The notes beneath the pieces were generated by a model, which saw nothing but the letters and a program-made list of their open reading frames with translations, had not been told where the DNA came from and searched no databases. From positions 96,001 through 160,000 of the forward strand of contig CBDCWP010000040.1 of the NCBI GenBank assembly GCA_965223505.1: 64,000 nucleotides of DNA. Direction: 5' to 3'. This document shows positions 55,938 to 64,000 of this stretch, piece after piece. The first letter of the stretch is position 1. Each line of letters opens with the position of its first letter. This DNA comes from Planctomycetota bacterium. Lineage in GTDB: Bacteria; Planctomycetota; PLA2; JAEUHO01. The translations under genes and the position numbers were made by a program.

Positions 55938-56703
55938 CGCGGAAGCCCGTGTACGGACCGTCGCACAGCCACCATTGGCTGCGCGGCCGCTGGGGATCGC
56001 GCTCGTTCCATTCGAACAAGACCGGCTGCTCGTAGGTGCCGTTCACCTTCTCCGCCGGATCGGCGAAGGAGCCGCCGCGGAGAATCGGCCACGTATCTCC
56101 GTTCTCGTCCTCAGGCGTCGTGTCGGTCGTGTACTCCGCGACGTTGCCCAGCAGGTCGTAGATGCCGAGCGCGTTGGGTTGCAGCGACGCCACGGGTTGC
56201 GTCTTGCCGCCGCTGTTCTTCGCGAACCAGGCGTACGCGGACTTCACTTTCCTCGGCTGTCGGGCGCCGGCTTCCTTCGCGCCGAGGAACGCCCACTCCC
56301 ACTCGTCCCCCGACGGCAGTCGATACGTCTTTCCAGTCTTCTTCGAAAGCCAGACGCAGTACTGCTGCGCGGCGTGACGCGACATGCCGCACGCGGGACG
56401 CTTGCCGGTCCCCCAGCCCTTGTCGTGCGGGTGATACGAACGCGACGGTCGCGCCACGGCGTCGACGCCCTCCGGCGTCTCCTCGCCGAGCGCGAACAGC
56501 TCGTACTCCTTCCAGGTCACCTCGGTCTTGCCGATCCAGAAGTTGCCGAAAGCGACCCACACCATGTCGAACGTCACGTTCGTGCCCGGAATCGACTCCG
56601 TGTAGTTCGCCTTCGGGGTAGGCGGCGCGCGGGACGCCTGCCGCGCAGCCTCGTCACCGCAGGCGCACAGAGACAGAAGCAGCGTGATGCCGATCGCCCT
56701 CAA
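55909..56703 (-). CDS. Formylglycine-generating enzyme (FGE-sulfatase) family lipoprotein
   Basis: KTEVTW, YRLPSGDEWE, PNALGIYDLLGNVAEY, RGGSF, GFRV. Confidence 0.9.
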   Translation of the reverse strand: MRAIGITLLLSLCACGDEAARQASRAPPTPKANYTESIPGTNVTFDMVWVAFGNFWIGKTEVTWKEYELFALGEETPEGVDAVARPSRSYHPHDKGWGTGKRPACGMSRHAAQQYCVWLSKKTGKTYRLPSGDEWEWAFLGAKEAGARQPRKVKSAYAWFAKNSGGKTQPVASLQPNALGIYDLLGNVAEYTTDTTPEDENGDTWPILRGGSFADPAEKVNGTYEQPVLFEWNERDPQRPRSQWWLCDGPYTGFRVIRPVDAGS

Positions 56704-57965
56704 GCGCGCTTCATCCCCGGACGCGGCACCGGACGAACCGCCTTGTCGCCGAACGCGATGACGTCTTCGCTCAGCAAGAGATCGCTCTTCATCATCTCGT
56801 CCCACGTGACCTCTCTGCCGGTGTACGCGGCCTCACGCCCCATGATCGCGGTCAGCGTCGTGTGCGCGACCTGCTCCGCCTCGTTGAGCGGCGTGCCGGC
56901 GCGAATGCTCTCGACCAGGTCCGTGTGCTCCTGCACGTACATACCGCGCGGCGCCTTGCCTTCGTACTTCCACGGGAACTTGCCTTCGATCTTGCCCCAG
57001 TAGGGATTGCCCCAGCCCTGGGTGCCGGTGAACGTCGCGCTCACGTGGTTGTGGCAGTGGTCCATCTGCCGGCAGACGCTCGTGACGTGCTTGCCGCCCG
57101 GGTACTCGTAGTCGATCGCGAAGTGGTCGTAGATGTTTCCCCACTTCTCTTCGGTCCGATTGAGCCGCCCGCCCATGCCGACCGCCTTGACCGGATGGCT
57201 GCCCATGACCCAATCGCACACGTCGATCGTGTGGATGTGCTGCTCGACGATGTGGTCGCCCGCGATCCAGTCGAAGTAAAGCCAGTTGCGGATCTGGTAC
57301 GCGACGTCGTTCGGCGCGTCTCCCCGGTGCCACAGCAACCCCGTCAGGTAGTACGCGCGCCCGCTCAGGATCTCGCCGATGCGGCCGTCGTGGATCTCGG
57401 CGATCGTGTCGATCCACTGCTTCGCATGGCGGTACTGCGTGCCGGCGACGATGGCAAGGCCCTTCTCCTTGGCCTTCTCCCCCGCCGCGATGATGCGTCG
57501 AACGCCGACGGGGTCGACGGCGACCGGCTTCTCCATGAACACGTGCTTGCCGGCCTCGACCGCGGCTTCGACGTGTTGCGGCCGGAACCCGGGCGGCGTC
57601 GTGAACAGGACGATGTCGACGTCGAGGTCGAGCACACGCTTGTAGGCGTCGAACCCGATGAAGCGCTTGTCGTCGGGCACGTCGACGCCGAGCTTCTTGC
57701 GGCTCGTCAGGTACTTCAAGCTGCCGGCGATGCGGTCCTCGAAGAGGTCCGCCATCGCGACGAGCTCAATGTTCGGCGCCGACTGCAAGCAGTTCTCCGC
57801 TGCGCCGGTGCCGCGCCCGCCGCAACCGACGAGCGCGATCTTGAGCGGCGGGGGATCGCCGCCGTCGGCTTCGTCGGCGCGCGCGGTTCGCGCAAGGGCC
57901 AGACCGGCGGCGGTCGCCGCGGTGGCCGTCATGAACGTGCGTCGGGAGAGGTCGTCGTTCGACAT
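56700..57965 (-). CDS. Tat-exported Gfo/Idh/MocA family oxidoreductase
   Basis: SRRTFM; LVGCGGRGTGA; TPPGFRP; KHVFMEKPVA; EQHIH. Confidence 0.93.
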   Translation of the reverse strand: MSNDDLSRRTFMTATAATAAGLALARTARADEADGGDPPPLKIALVGCGGRGTGAAENCLQSAPNIELVAMADLFEDRIAGSLKYLTSRKKLGVDVPDDKRFIGFDAYKRVLDLDVDIVLFTTPPGFRPQHVEAAVEAGKHVFMEKPVAVDPVGVRRIIAAGEKAKEKGLAIVAGTQYRHAKQWIDTIAEIHDGRIGEILSGRAYYLTGLLWHRGDAPNDVAYQIRNWLYFDWIAGDHIVEQHIHTIDVCDWVMGSHPVKAVGMGGRLNRTEEKWGNIYDHFAIDYEYPGGKHVTSVCRQMDHCHNHVSATFTGTQGWGNPYWGKIEGKFPWKYEGKAPRGMYVQEHTDLVESIRAGTPLNEAEQVAHTTLTAIMGREAAYTGREVTWDEMMKSDLLLSEDVIAFGDKAVRPVPRPGMKRA

Positions 57966-58022
57966 CGGGCGCCTCCGTTTCGGGGGCCCGGTTCTACGAC
58001 ATCGCGCGAGACCGATCCAGCG

Positions 58023-58832
58023 CTACGCGTCCTGGCGGACGTGGTTGTCCTTCGCGTGCACGAGCTTGTCGATGTAACAGCTCGTCACCTGAACCCGCGA
58101 CCAGCTCGGGCGCGGCTTCTCGAACGTCAGGTCGGAGAGCAGGGAGCGCGCGTCGTGCTCGGACCAGACCTGGAGCTGCTTTTCGTAAAGCAGGTCTTCG
58201 ATGCGCCGCTTCGTGTCCTCGAAGACGCGCTCCGCCTGGTCGTTCATCGTCTCGCCGTCGCGGTACAAGCGCGACTTCGGGAACTGCGCCAGCCGGATCG
58301 TCGCCCGCAGCGACGCCTTGACGTCGCGCGCGCGCGCGGCGCGCTTGCGCGCCGCCATCAGGTCATTCCAACTTTCGCCGTCCACGTTGCGAAGGTCCTT
58401 CAGTCGCTCCATGTCCCGGCGCGCGTACTCGAGGAGGCGGTCGATCGCTTCGCGCTGCCAGGGCTCGAGCTTCATCTTCTCGAGCACGTCTTCGAGCGCC
58501 AGCAGCGTCTCGGACGTGATGAGTGCCCCGAACGTCGGGGCGGCCTTCGTCACGTGAATCTGCTTGGTGTACTGCTCGACGAGCTTCTGCGCATACTCGG
58601 CGTCCGACATTGGCTTCGACTTCGGCGCCCGTCCGACGAGCGTGGGTCCATCGCGCCCGGGGTCCTTCGGCACGTCGGCCTCGCTGCCGATCATCGAACG
58701 CGGCGTCTCGTCGGGCCGAGGCGCTTCGGCGGCAATCGCCGCCTGCACGTCGAAGCTCTCATCGCCGCCGAACAGCGCGGCGACGGCAGAGAGGGCAAGT
58801 CCCAACAACGTGAATCCGATGGCCTTCGACAT
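58023..58832 (-). CDS. Secreted hypothetical helical protein
   Basis: RBS plus signal peptide MSKAIGFTLLGLALSAVAA. Confidence 0.6.
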   Translation of the reverse strand: MSKAIGFTLLGLALSAVAALFGGDESFDVQAAIAAEAPRPDETPRSMIGSEADVPKDPGRDGPTLVGRAPKSKPMSDAEYAQKLVEQYTKQIHVTKAAPTFGALITSETLLALEDVLEKMKLEPWQREAIDRLLEYARRDMERLKDLRNVDGESWNDLMAARKRAARARDVKASLRATIRLAQFPKSRLYRDGETMNDQAERVFEDTKRRIEDLLYEKQLQVWSEHDARSLLSDLTFEKPRPSWSRVQVTSCYIDKLVHAKDNHVRQDA

Positions 58833-58909
58833 GGCGTTCTCCCTTCGTCTGGAAGGTGAGACGCGAAGCCGGAGAGGCCGTTTGCAAAGCCTCGGCAAAA
58901 GGAGGGTTG

Positions 58910-59782
58910 CTACTGAAGGCGGAACGGTATCGGCTGCAAGGCGCGCTTCACCACGCCCGGCGGTCGGAACATGATCGCCCGCATCAAGCGCGTCGCAGCG
59001 CGGTCGAGCAGGTCGTATCCGCTCGACTTGTGGATCTTCGCCGCCGTGACGATGCCGCGTTCGTTGACGGTGATCTCGACGACTGCCGTGCCCTGCTCGC
59101 CGGCGCGTCGCGCGGACAGGGGGTAGAAGCTGTTGATGAACGCCCGGCTCAGCCGCACGGTCGGACGCAAGGGCTTGCCGGCGTTCGGATGTGCGCGCGG
59201 AGGCTGAGGACGCGTCGGGCGCGCGGGCGGGTTCACCGCCGGCGGCGGCGGCAGCGGATCGACACGCAGCGGTTGACGCTTGGGCTTTCGCTTGATCGAC
59301 GTGACCGGCACCATCACCGTCGGCTCGGTCTCCAGCATCGGTACCTCGACCGGATCGGGCAGCTCGAGCGCCGGGTCGATCGGCTCCTCGGCCGTCAGGT
59401 CCGGAATCGTCGAGTCGAGCTCGTCGACCGGCGGCAGCTCCGTGAGCTCGGGCACGTCGTCCAGCGCTTCCGCCACGTCCACGGCGGGCACGCTGATGAA
59501 TGCCTTCGTCGCCGGCCGCTCGGTCGCCTCGAGGCTCGCGACCGCGAACACCAGGATCGCGGCGATGCCGAGACCATGCGCCGCGAACGAGGCGATGAAC
59601 GCCCACGGGTAGACGCGCCGCGGCGCGCGCACGCCCGCCCACGGCGCCTCGGGCGCCGGTACCAGGCTCAGTCCGCCGGTCATGTCGATCTTGCGACCCA
59701 TTCTCAACTCGAGAGTACCAGACCCGGGGGTGGCGTCAGCCACCCGCCCGGCAGAAACGGCTGTGACGGCTCTGTCGTTCAT
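58910..59782 (-). CDS. tonB: Energy transducer TonB
   Basis: TM with S..AH, Pro-rich linker, YPLSARRAGEQGT...SSGYDLLDRAA. Confidence 0.88.
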   Translation of the reverse strand: MNDRAVTAVSAGRVADATPGSGTLELRMGRKIDMTGGLSLVPAPEAPWAGVRAPRRVYPWAFIASFAAHGLGIAAILVFAVASLEATERPATKAFISVPAVDVAEALDDVPELTELPPVDELDSTIPDLTAEEPIDPALELPDPVEVPMLETEPTVMVPVTSIKRKPKRQPLRVDPLPPPPAVNPPARPTRPQPPRAHPNAGKPLRPTVRLSRAFINSFYPLSARRAGEQGTAVVEITVNERGIVTAAKIHKSSGYDLLDRAATRLMRAIMFRPPGVVKRALQPIPFRLQ

Positions 59783-59790
59783 GGGGCTTC

Positions 59791-62055
59791 CTAGAAATCC
59801 ACCTCGAGGCTGAGGAACGCGTGCCGCCCGGCGCCGGCGAAGATGCCCGACGGCGCCCTGCTGGCGATGTAGGTCTCGTCGAAGAGGTTGTTGACCCCCA
59901 CGGAGGCCGTCAGGTTCGTGCGCGGGATGCGGTAGCGGGCGTTGCAGTCCACGACCCAGCGCGAGTCGATCAGACCGACCGTGCCGTCGTTCGAGCCCGG
60001 CACCGTGTTGGCCTGGTCGGTGAACTGCTCGTCGGTGTAGGTCGCCCAGGCGCCGACGCTGAAGCGCTTGGGCCACTCGTACGCGAGCCCGACCGTGAGC
60101 AGGTTGTTGGGCGCATAGGGCAGCTCGTTGCCCTCGAAGATCCCGCCCGGCGTCGTGTTCTCCGTCTCGACGTAGGTCCAGGATCCTTCGAACCACAGGC
60201 TCGGCGCGCAGCGGTTCTTCACGCAGCCGCCGCACATCGCGTGCAGCAGGTCGGCGCGGAAGCTCGCTTCGAGTCCGATGTGCTCCGTCTCACCCGCGTT
60301 CGTGTTCGACGTGCTCGCGCCGCCCGACTCGTTGGCCGGGATGACCTGGTTCTCGAAGTCCATGTAGAACCCGACGACCTCGTAGTGAAGCCACGGCAGC
60401 GGGTCGCCGCGGAATCCGGCTTCGTAGTTCCAGCTCTTCTCGGCTTCGAGATCGAGGTCCGTGCCCATGCTGTCGATGGCGTCGGTCGTGCGCGGCGGCG
60501 CGAACCCGCGGTGCACGCCGGCGAAGAACGTGTTCTTGCGCGGCAGCTGATAGGTGACGCCGAATCCGGGAATCAGCTCGGTGTTGTCCGAGTCGCCGCT
60601 GAAGCTCACCGGCGCGTTGCTCGCGATCTCGAAGTCGCGGTCGAACGAGTACGACTCGACGCGCAGGCCCGCGCTGATGCCGAGGCAGTCGGTGATCTCG
60701 AGCTTCTGCTGCCCGAAGAAGGCGAGTGCGTTCGTGGAGTTGACCTCGCGGTTGCGGGTCACGACCGGCGAAAACGGCGTCGCGCGGTTGTTACGCTCGT
60801 TGATGAACTTCTCGTAGTGGTAGCGCGCGCCGACGTGGAACTCGTGCTCCCGCCCCCACAGCCGCCAGGTGCCGATCAGACGCGGCTCGATGCCCCATTT
60901 GAAGAAGTAGCGGTCTCGCGAGCCAAAGCTGCTGCGCAGGTACACCGCGCCGCCGTCGATCGCCGGGTTGCCGGCCGTGATGACCGTGTTCGCGGGCGCT
61001 GCGGCGAAGCCGTTGTTGCGCGCGAAGTCCTGGCGGTTCCAGTCGCGGCGCGCGTCGCTGATGTAGAAGTTCGTGAGCAGCTCGAGGTTGCGGCAGAAGC
61101 GGTGCTGCAGCGTCGCCTGGCCGCTCTTCCACTCGACCGCGAGCGTGTCGAACTCGGCCAGGTTCCGGCGCGGGTTCTCGTCGAACATCTGCTGCGTGAG
61201 GCCGAGGTACGTCGCCTCGGTGTCCTGGTCGTAGTAGTTCAGCTTGAACGTGACGTTCGTGCGCGGCGTGAAGTACCAGCGGAACTTCGCAGTCAGGTCG
61301 GTGACGTCGAACTCGTTGTTGTTGCGATAGCCGTCTCCGCCCTTGCCGAGCACCTGGATCTGGTAGCCGAACGGGCCGACCGTGTCGCCGTAGCGCGCGT
61401 AGCCGAGCATGTAGCCGTCGGTGCCGACGGTGGCGCGCACGTGCCCGGTCGGACGCAGCGGAATGTCCGGCGTGATGAGGTTGAGAACGCCTCCGACCGT
61501 GTGCGGACCGTAGAGGATCTGGCCGCTGCCCTTGAGCAGCTCGACGCGCTCCATGCGCTCGATCGGCGGGATGTAGTACGCGGCGTTCGTCGCGTACGGC
61601 GCGAACCCGGCCGGCACGCCGTCTTCGAGAATCAGGATCTTCTCCGATCGATCGGGGTTCAGACCGCGCACGCCGATGTTGGGGATCACGCCCTGCCCCA
61701 CCTCGTCGCGCAGGTTGATGCCGGGCACGCCGCGCATCACCTCCTGCACGTTGTTGGCGCGGCGGAACGTGACGAGCTTGTCGAGCCGCAGCTCCTGCCC
61801 CGATCCCGGGACCGTGCGCAGCGCGCTCGACGTCGCCCGCGACGACGCGATGATCGGACGCGCTCCGTAGACGCTCAGATCCAGCGGCGCCCCGCCGTCG
61901 GCGGACTCGATCGGCGCGAGCGGCGGCTCGTCGGCGGGCGGCGCGTCGGGCGCGCCGTCGCCAGCCGCTTCCTCGTCGGCGTTGGCCGTGCCCGTGAGGG
62001 CCAGCGTGGCGATCAGGACCCAGAAGACGGGGCCCCGGCGCTTGTTCCCGGACAT
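59791..62055 (-). CDS. TonB-dependent receptor (FecA-like)
   Basis: Plug NIGVRGLNP...ILEDGVP, ERVELLKGSG...YGP; C-terminal NNLFDETY...DF. Confidence 0.93.
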   Translation of the reverse strand: MSGNKRRGPVFWVLIATLALTGTANADEEAAGDGAPDAPPADEPPLAPIESADGGAPLDLSVYGARPIIASSRATSSALRTVPGSGQELRLDKLVTFRRANNVQEVMRGVPGINLRDEVGQGVIPNIGVRGLNPDRSEKILILEDGVPAGFAPYATNAAYYIPPIERMERVELLKGSGQILYGPHTVGGVLNLITPDIPLRPTGHVRATVGTDGYMLGYARYGDTVGPFGYQIQVLGKGGDGYRNNNEFDVTDLTAKFRWYFTPRTNVTFKLNYYDQDTEATYLGLTQQMFDENPRRNLAEFDTLAVEWKSGQATLQHRFCRNLELLTNFYISDARRDWNRQDFARNNGFAAAPANTVITAGNPAIDGGAVYLRSSFGSRDRYFFKWGIEPRLIGTWRLWGREHEFHVGARYHYEKFINERNNRATPFSPVVTRNREVNSTNALAFFGQQKLEITDCLGISAGLRVESYSFDRDFEIASNAPVSFSGDSDNTELIPGFGVTYQLPRKNTFFAGVHRGFAPPRTTDAIDSMGTDLDLEAEKSWNYEAGFRGDPLPWLHYEVVGFYMDFENQVIPANESGGASTSNTNAGETEHIGLEASFRADLLHAMCGGCVKNRCAPSLWFEGSWTYVETENTTPGGIFEGNELPYAPNNLLTVGLAYEWPKRFSVGAWATYTDEQFTDQANTVPGSNDGTVGLIDSRWVVDCNARYRIPRTNLTASVGVNNLFDETYIASRAPSGIFAGAGRHAFLSLEVDF

Positions 62056-62099
62056 GTCGAACTCCCTCGGGGCCCTCCGCGGCCCTTCGGTAGTCTACT

Positions 62100-62114
62100 T
62101 GAGAATGATTCTCA
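62100..62114. promoter_or_regulatory. Fur-box-like 7-1-7 palindrome upstream of the TonB-dependent receptor
   Basis: TGAGAAT-G-ATTCTCA perfect inverted repeat in an AT-rich patch 45 bp upstream of the start. Confidence 0.7.
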
Positions 62115-62155
62115 GGATCATTTTTATAGAGAGAAATGTCATGGCCGAAGCCCCT

Positions 62156-63685
62156 TCATCGCAGGTGCTTCCCGAGGAAGGTCATGACGCGCACCCAGGC
62201 GTCGTCCTTGCTCTCGCTCAGGAACAGGGTCCGGGAGCCGTGCTCGCCGCCCACCTGGACGTAGAGCTCCTTGTCGGTCGAGGCGATGGGATCGTAGACC
62301 CGGCGCGCCTGGGCCTCCTCGTTGGTGGGACAGACGACCAGCGTCGGCACGTCGAGCTTCTTCGCCGCCTCCAGGATCGAGCCGCGCGGCGGCAGGTAGT
62401 CGCCGGGCGAGAACGAGAGGACGGCTGCGAGACCCTTCGTCTCCGCCCCCACGAAGATCGCGAGCGACGAGGAGTACGAGCTGCCCCAGATCGCCATCTT
62501 GCCCGTGAAGCCGAGCTCGCGCGCCCACTTGATCGCGCGCACGAGGTCCGCCTTCGCGTCGAGGTAGCCCTGCGGCTTGTTCGCCTCGGCCGCCCGTTTC
62601 GCCGTCTCGTTCACCACGTCGTTCCACTCGAGACCGCCGGCGCCGGAGCGCTGATCGAGCGCGAGGCAGTTGTAGCCGGCCTTCACGAGGCGTGGCGCGA
62701 TCTTGCGGTACTCGCCGCGGCTGCTGTGCGCCTGATGGAAGAGCAGGATGATCGGCGCGCGCTTGTCGTCGGTCGCGTACAAGTCCGCCGTCAGTTGCAG
62801 ACCGTCGGCTCCCTTGGACTCGATGGTCTTGTAGGGCTTGGCCGGCTCGGGAGCGGGATCGGGAGCGGGTTCGGGATCGGGAGCGGGATCGGGTTTGGGA
62901 GCGGGATCGGGAGCGGGTTCGGGGTCGGGAGCAGGGTCGGGTTCGGGCTTCGGCTCCGGAACGGCAGGCCACATGACGTTCGGCAAGCGACGAACGGCCG
63001 CGCGCTTGTTGCCGATGGCGCGCTGCAGGAAGCCGGCGATGAACGATGCGCCGTAGTCCTTCACCGGACTCATGTGGTCGTCGATGTCGGGGAAGTTCAC
63101 GAACACGCTGAATCCGGCGCCGTAGAAGCGTTTCTGCAGGCCCCGGCCGAAGCTGACCGGAAACGCCGGGTCCTTCTGTCCGTGGAAGATGCCGATCTTC
63201 ACGTGCTTCGCGTTCGCGAGGTCCTTCGGCAGGTCCTTGACCTGCAGCGCGGCGTTCACGATCAACATGCCCTGATACAGCTCGGGCTTCGCGAACAGCA
63301 ACCCCGCCGTTCCCATCGACCCGCGCGAGAACGCCAGCAACACCCACGGACTGATCTTCACGGCCGGATGATGCGTCGCGCACTCCTGCAGCGCCGCGTT
63401 GAGCGCCGCCTGGTCCATCTTCAGCTCGCGGGTCGGCAGCGTCTCGATGACGACGAGCTGCATGTGCTTCGACACCGACGGGTAGATCGTGCCGAACTTG
63501 TTCGCCAGCCCGCGCTCGACGATCAACACCGGGACGACCTTGCCCGGGTCGAGGTCGTCCGGCATGTAGTACGTGCCGTGCTTGCCCTTGATCTGCTTCG
63601 CGCACGCTTCGCCGGGGACGGCGACGAGAAGCAGCGCGACCACCAGCGCCGCGCACGCGACGCCTGCGAGTCCGTACCGAGCCAT
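62156..63685 (-). CDS. Secreted protein with two alpha/beta-hydrolase domains joined by a Pro/Asp linker
   Basis: AFSRG...HGQKD...H domain 1; PEPAPDPA-type linker repeats; FHQA, WGSSYS, EHG domain 2. Confidence 0.8.
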   Translation of the reverse strand: MARYGLAGVACAALVVALLLVAVPGEACAKQIKGKHGTYYMPDDLDPGKVVPVLIVERGLANKFGTIYPSVSKHMQLVVIETLPTRELKMDQAALNAALQECATHHPAVKISPWVLLAFSRGSMGTAGLLFAKPELYQGMLIVNAALQVKDLPKDLANAKHVKIGIFHGQKDPAFPVSFGRGLQKRFYGAGFSVFVNFPDIDDHMSPVKDYGASFIAGFLQRAIGNKRAAVRRLPNVMWPAVPEPKPEPDPAPDPEPAPDPAPKPDPAPDPEPAPDPAPEPAKPYKTIESKGADGLQLTADLYATDDKRAPIILLFHQAHSSRGEYRKIAPRLVKAGYNCLALDQRSGAGGLEWNDVVNETAKRAAEANKPQGYLDAKADLVRAIKWARELGFTGKMAIWGSSYSSSLAIFVGAETKGLAAVLSFSPGDYLPPRGSILEAAKKLDVPTLVVCPTNEEAQARRVYDPIASTDKELYVQVGGEHGSRTLFLSESKDDAWVRVMTFLGKHLR

Positions 63686-63720
63686 GGGATCTCTCCTTGG
63701 AGGGCCCCAGTCTCCGACGG

Positions 63721-64000
63721 CTATCCGACGGCGGGCGCGGTCTGCGTCGGCTCGTACGCCAGATTCGGCCCCAGCCAGCGCTCGACCTCGGCGATCGTCA
63801 GGCCCTTGCGCGCGGCGTAGGCCTCGATCTGATCGCGGCCGACGCGCCCGATCCCGAAGTACTTCGACTGCGGATGCGCCAGATAGATGCCGCTGACGCT
63901 CGCCGCCGGCGTCATGGCGCAGTGTTCGGTCAGGTCCATGCCGCACTCGCGGGCGCCCAACAGCTCGAACAGCTTGCGCTTCTCGGTGTGGTCCGGGCAG
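63721..64000 (-). CDS. metH: B12-dependent methionine synthase, C-terminal activation domain (partial)
   Basis: PDHTEK...[26 protein letters not shown]...VERWLGPNL. Confidence 0.95.
   Translation of the reverse strand, partial: CPDHTEKRKLFELLGARECGMDLTEHCAMTPAASVSGIYLAHPQSKYFGIGRVGRDQIEAYAARKGLTIAEVERWLGPNLAYEPTQTAPAVG

Noticed and set aside
62845..62955. Non-coding or regulatory tandem repeat
   Set aside because: It encodes the in-frame Pro/Asp/Glu linker between two hydrolase domains.

Overview
This is GC-rich bacterial DNA. The gene content (RRM protein, prepilin-like cluster, PEP-CTERM, HEAT repeats, ThuA/DUF1080, FGE-sulfatase, Tat-exported Gfo/Idh/MocA) suggests a Planctomycetota-like host, which is an inference. 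Host-like genes occupy ~1-15.3 kb and ~51.7-64 kb. Between them is a ~36.2-kb element integrated at the 3' end of tRNA-Leu(CAA), bounded by a perfect 66-bp direct repeat (15346-15411 and 51559-51624). The element encodes a tyrosine integrase, an excisionase-like HTH, phage-type replication initiator and helicase loader, a ParB-methyltransferase and a terminase, but no portal, tail or lysis gene that I can recognise. Its most unusual part is a minus-strand operon (27501->18971). It holds two paralogous HK97-like capsid proteins, two Pro-rich proteins and a ~1,440-aa coiled-coil protein ending in a polymorphic-toxin-like domain, followed by an immunity-like gene. The toxin N-terminus and one Pro-rich protein share an ~80-aa 'FDPSWG...LQxY...WxxRW' domain. 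Upstream are a 9x11-bp repeat array and an OmpR-type pseudo-receiver regulator. I propose this as a candidate capsid-packaged toxin system. Other cargo: a two-gene QatBC-like module with a nuclease fused to the QueC-like protein, an HTH-ImmA/DUF4411 pair, a PLD-like plus DisA/DAC cassette flanked by 51-bp direct repeats, an intact IS66 and several gene remnants. All protein family calls come from motif recognition by eye; no searches were run.
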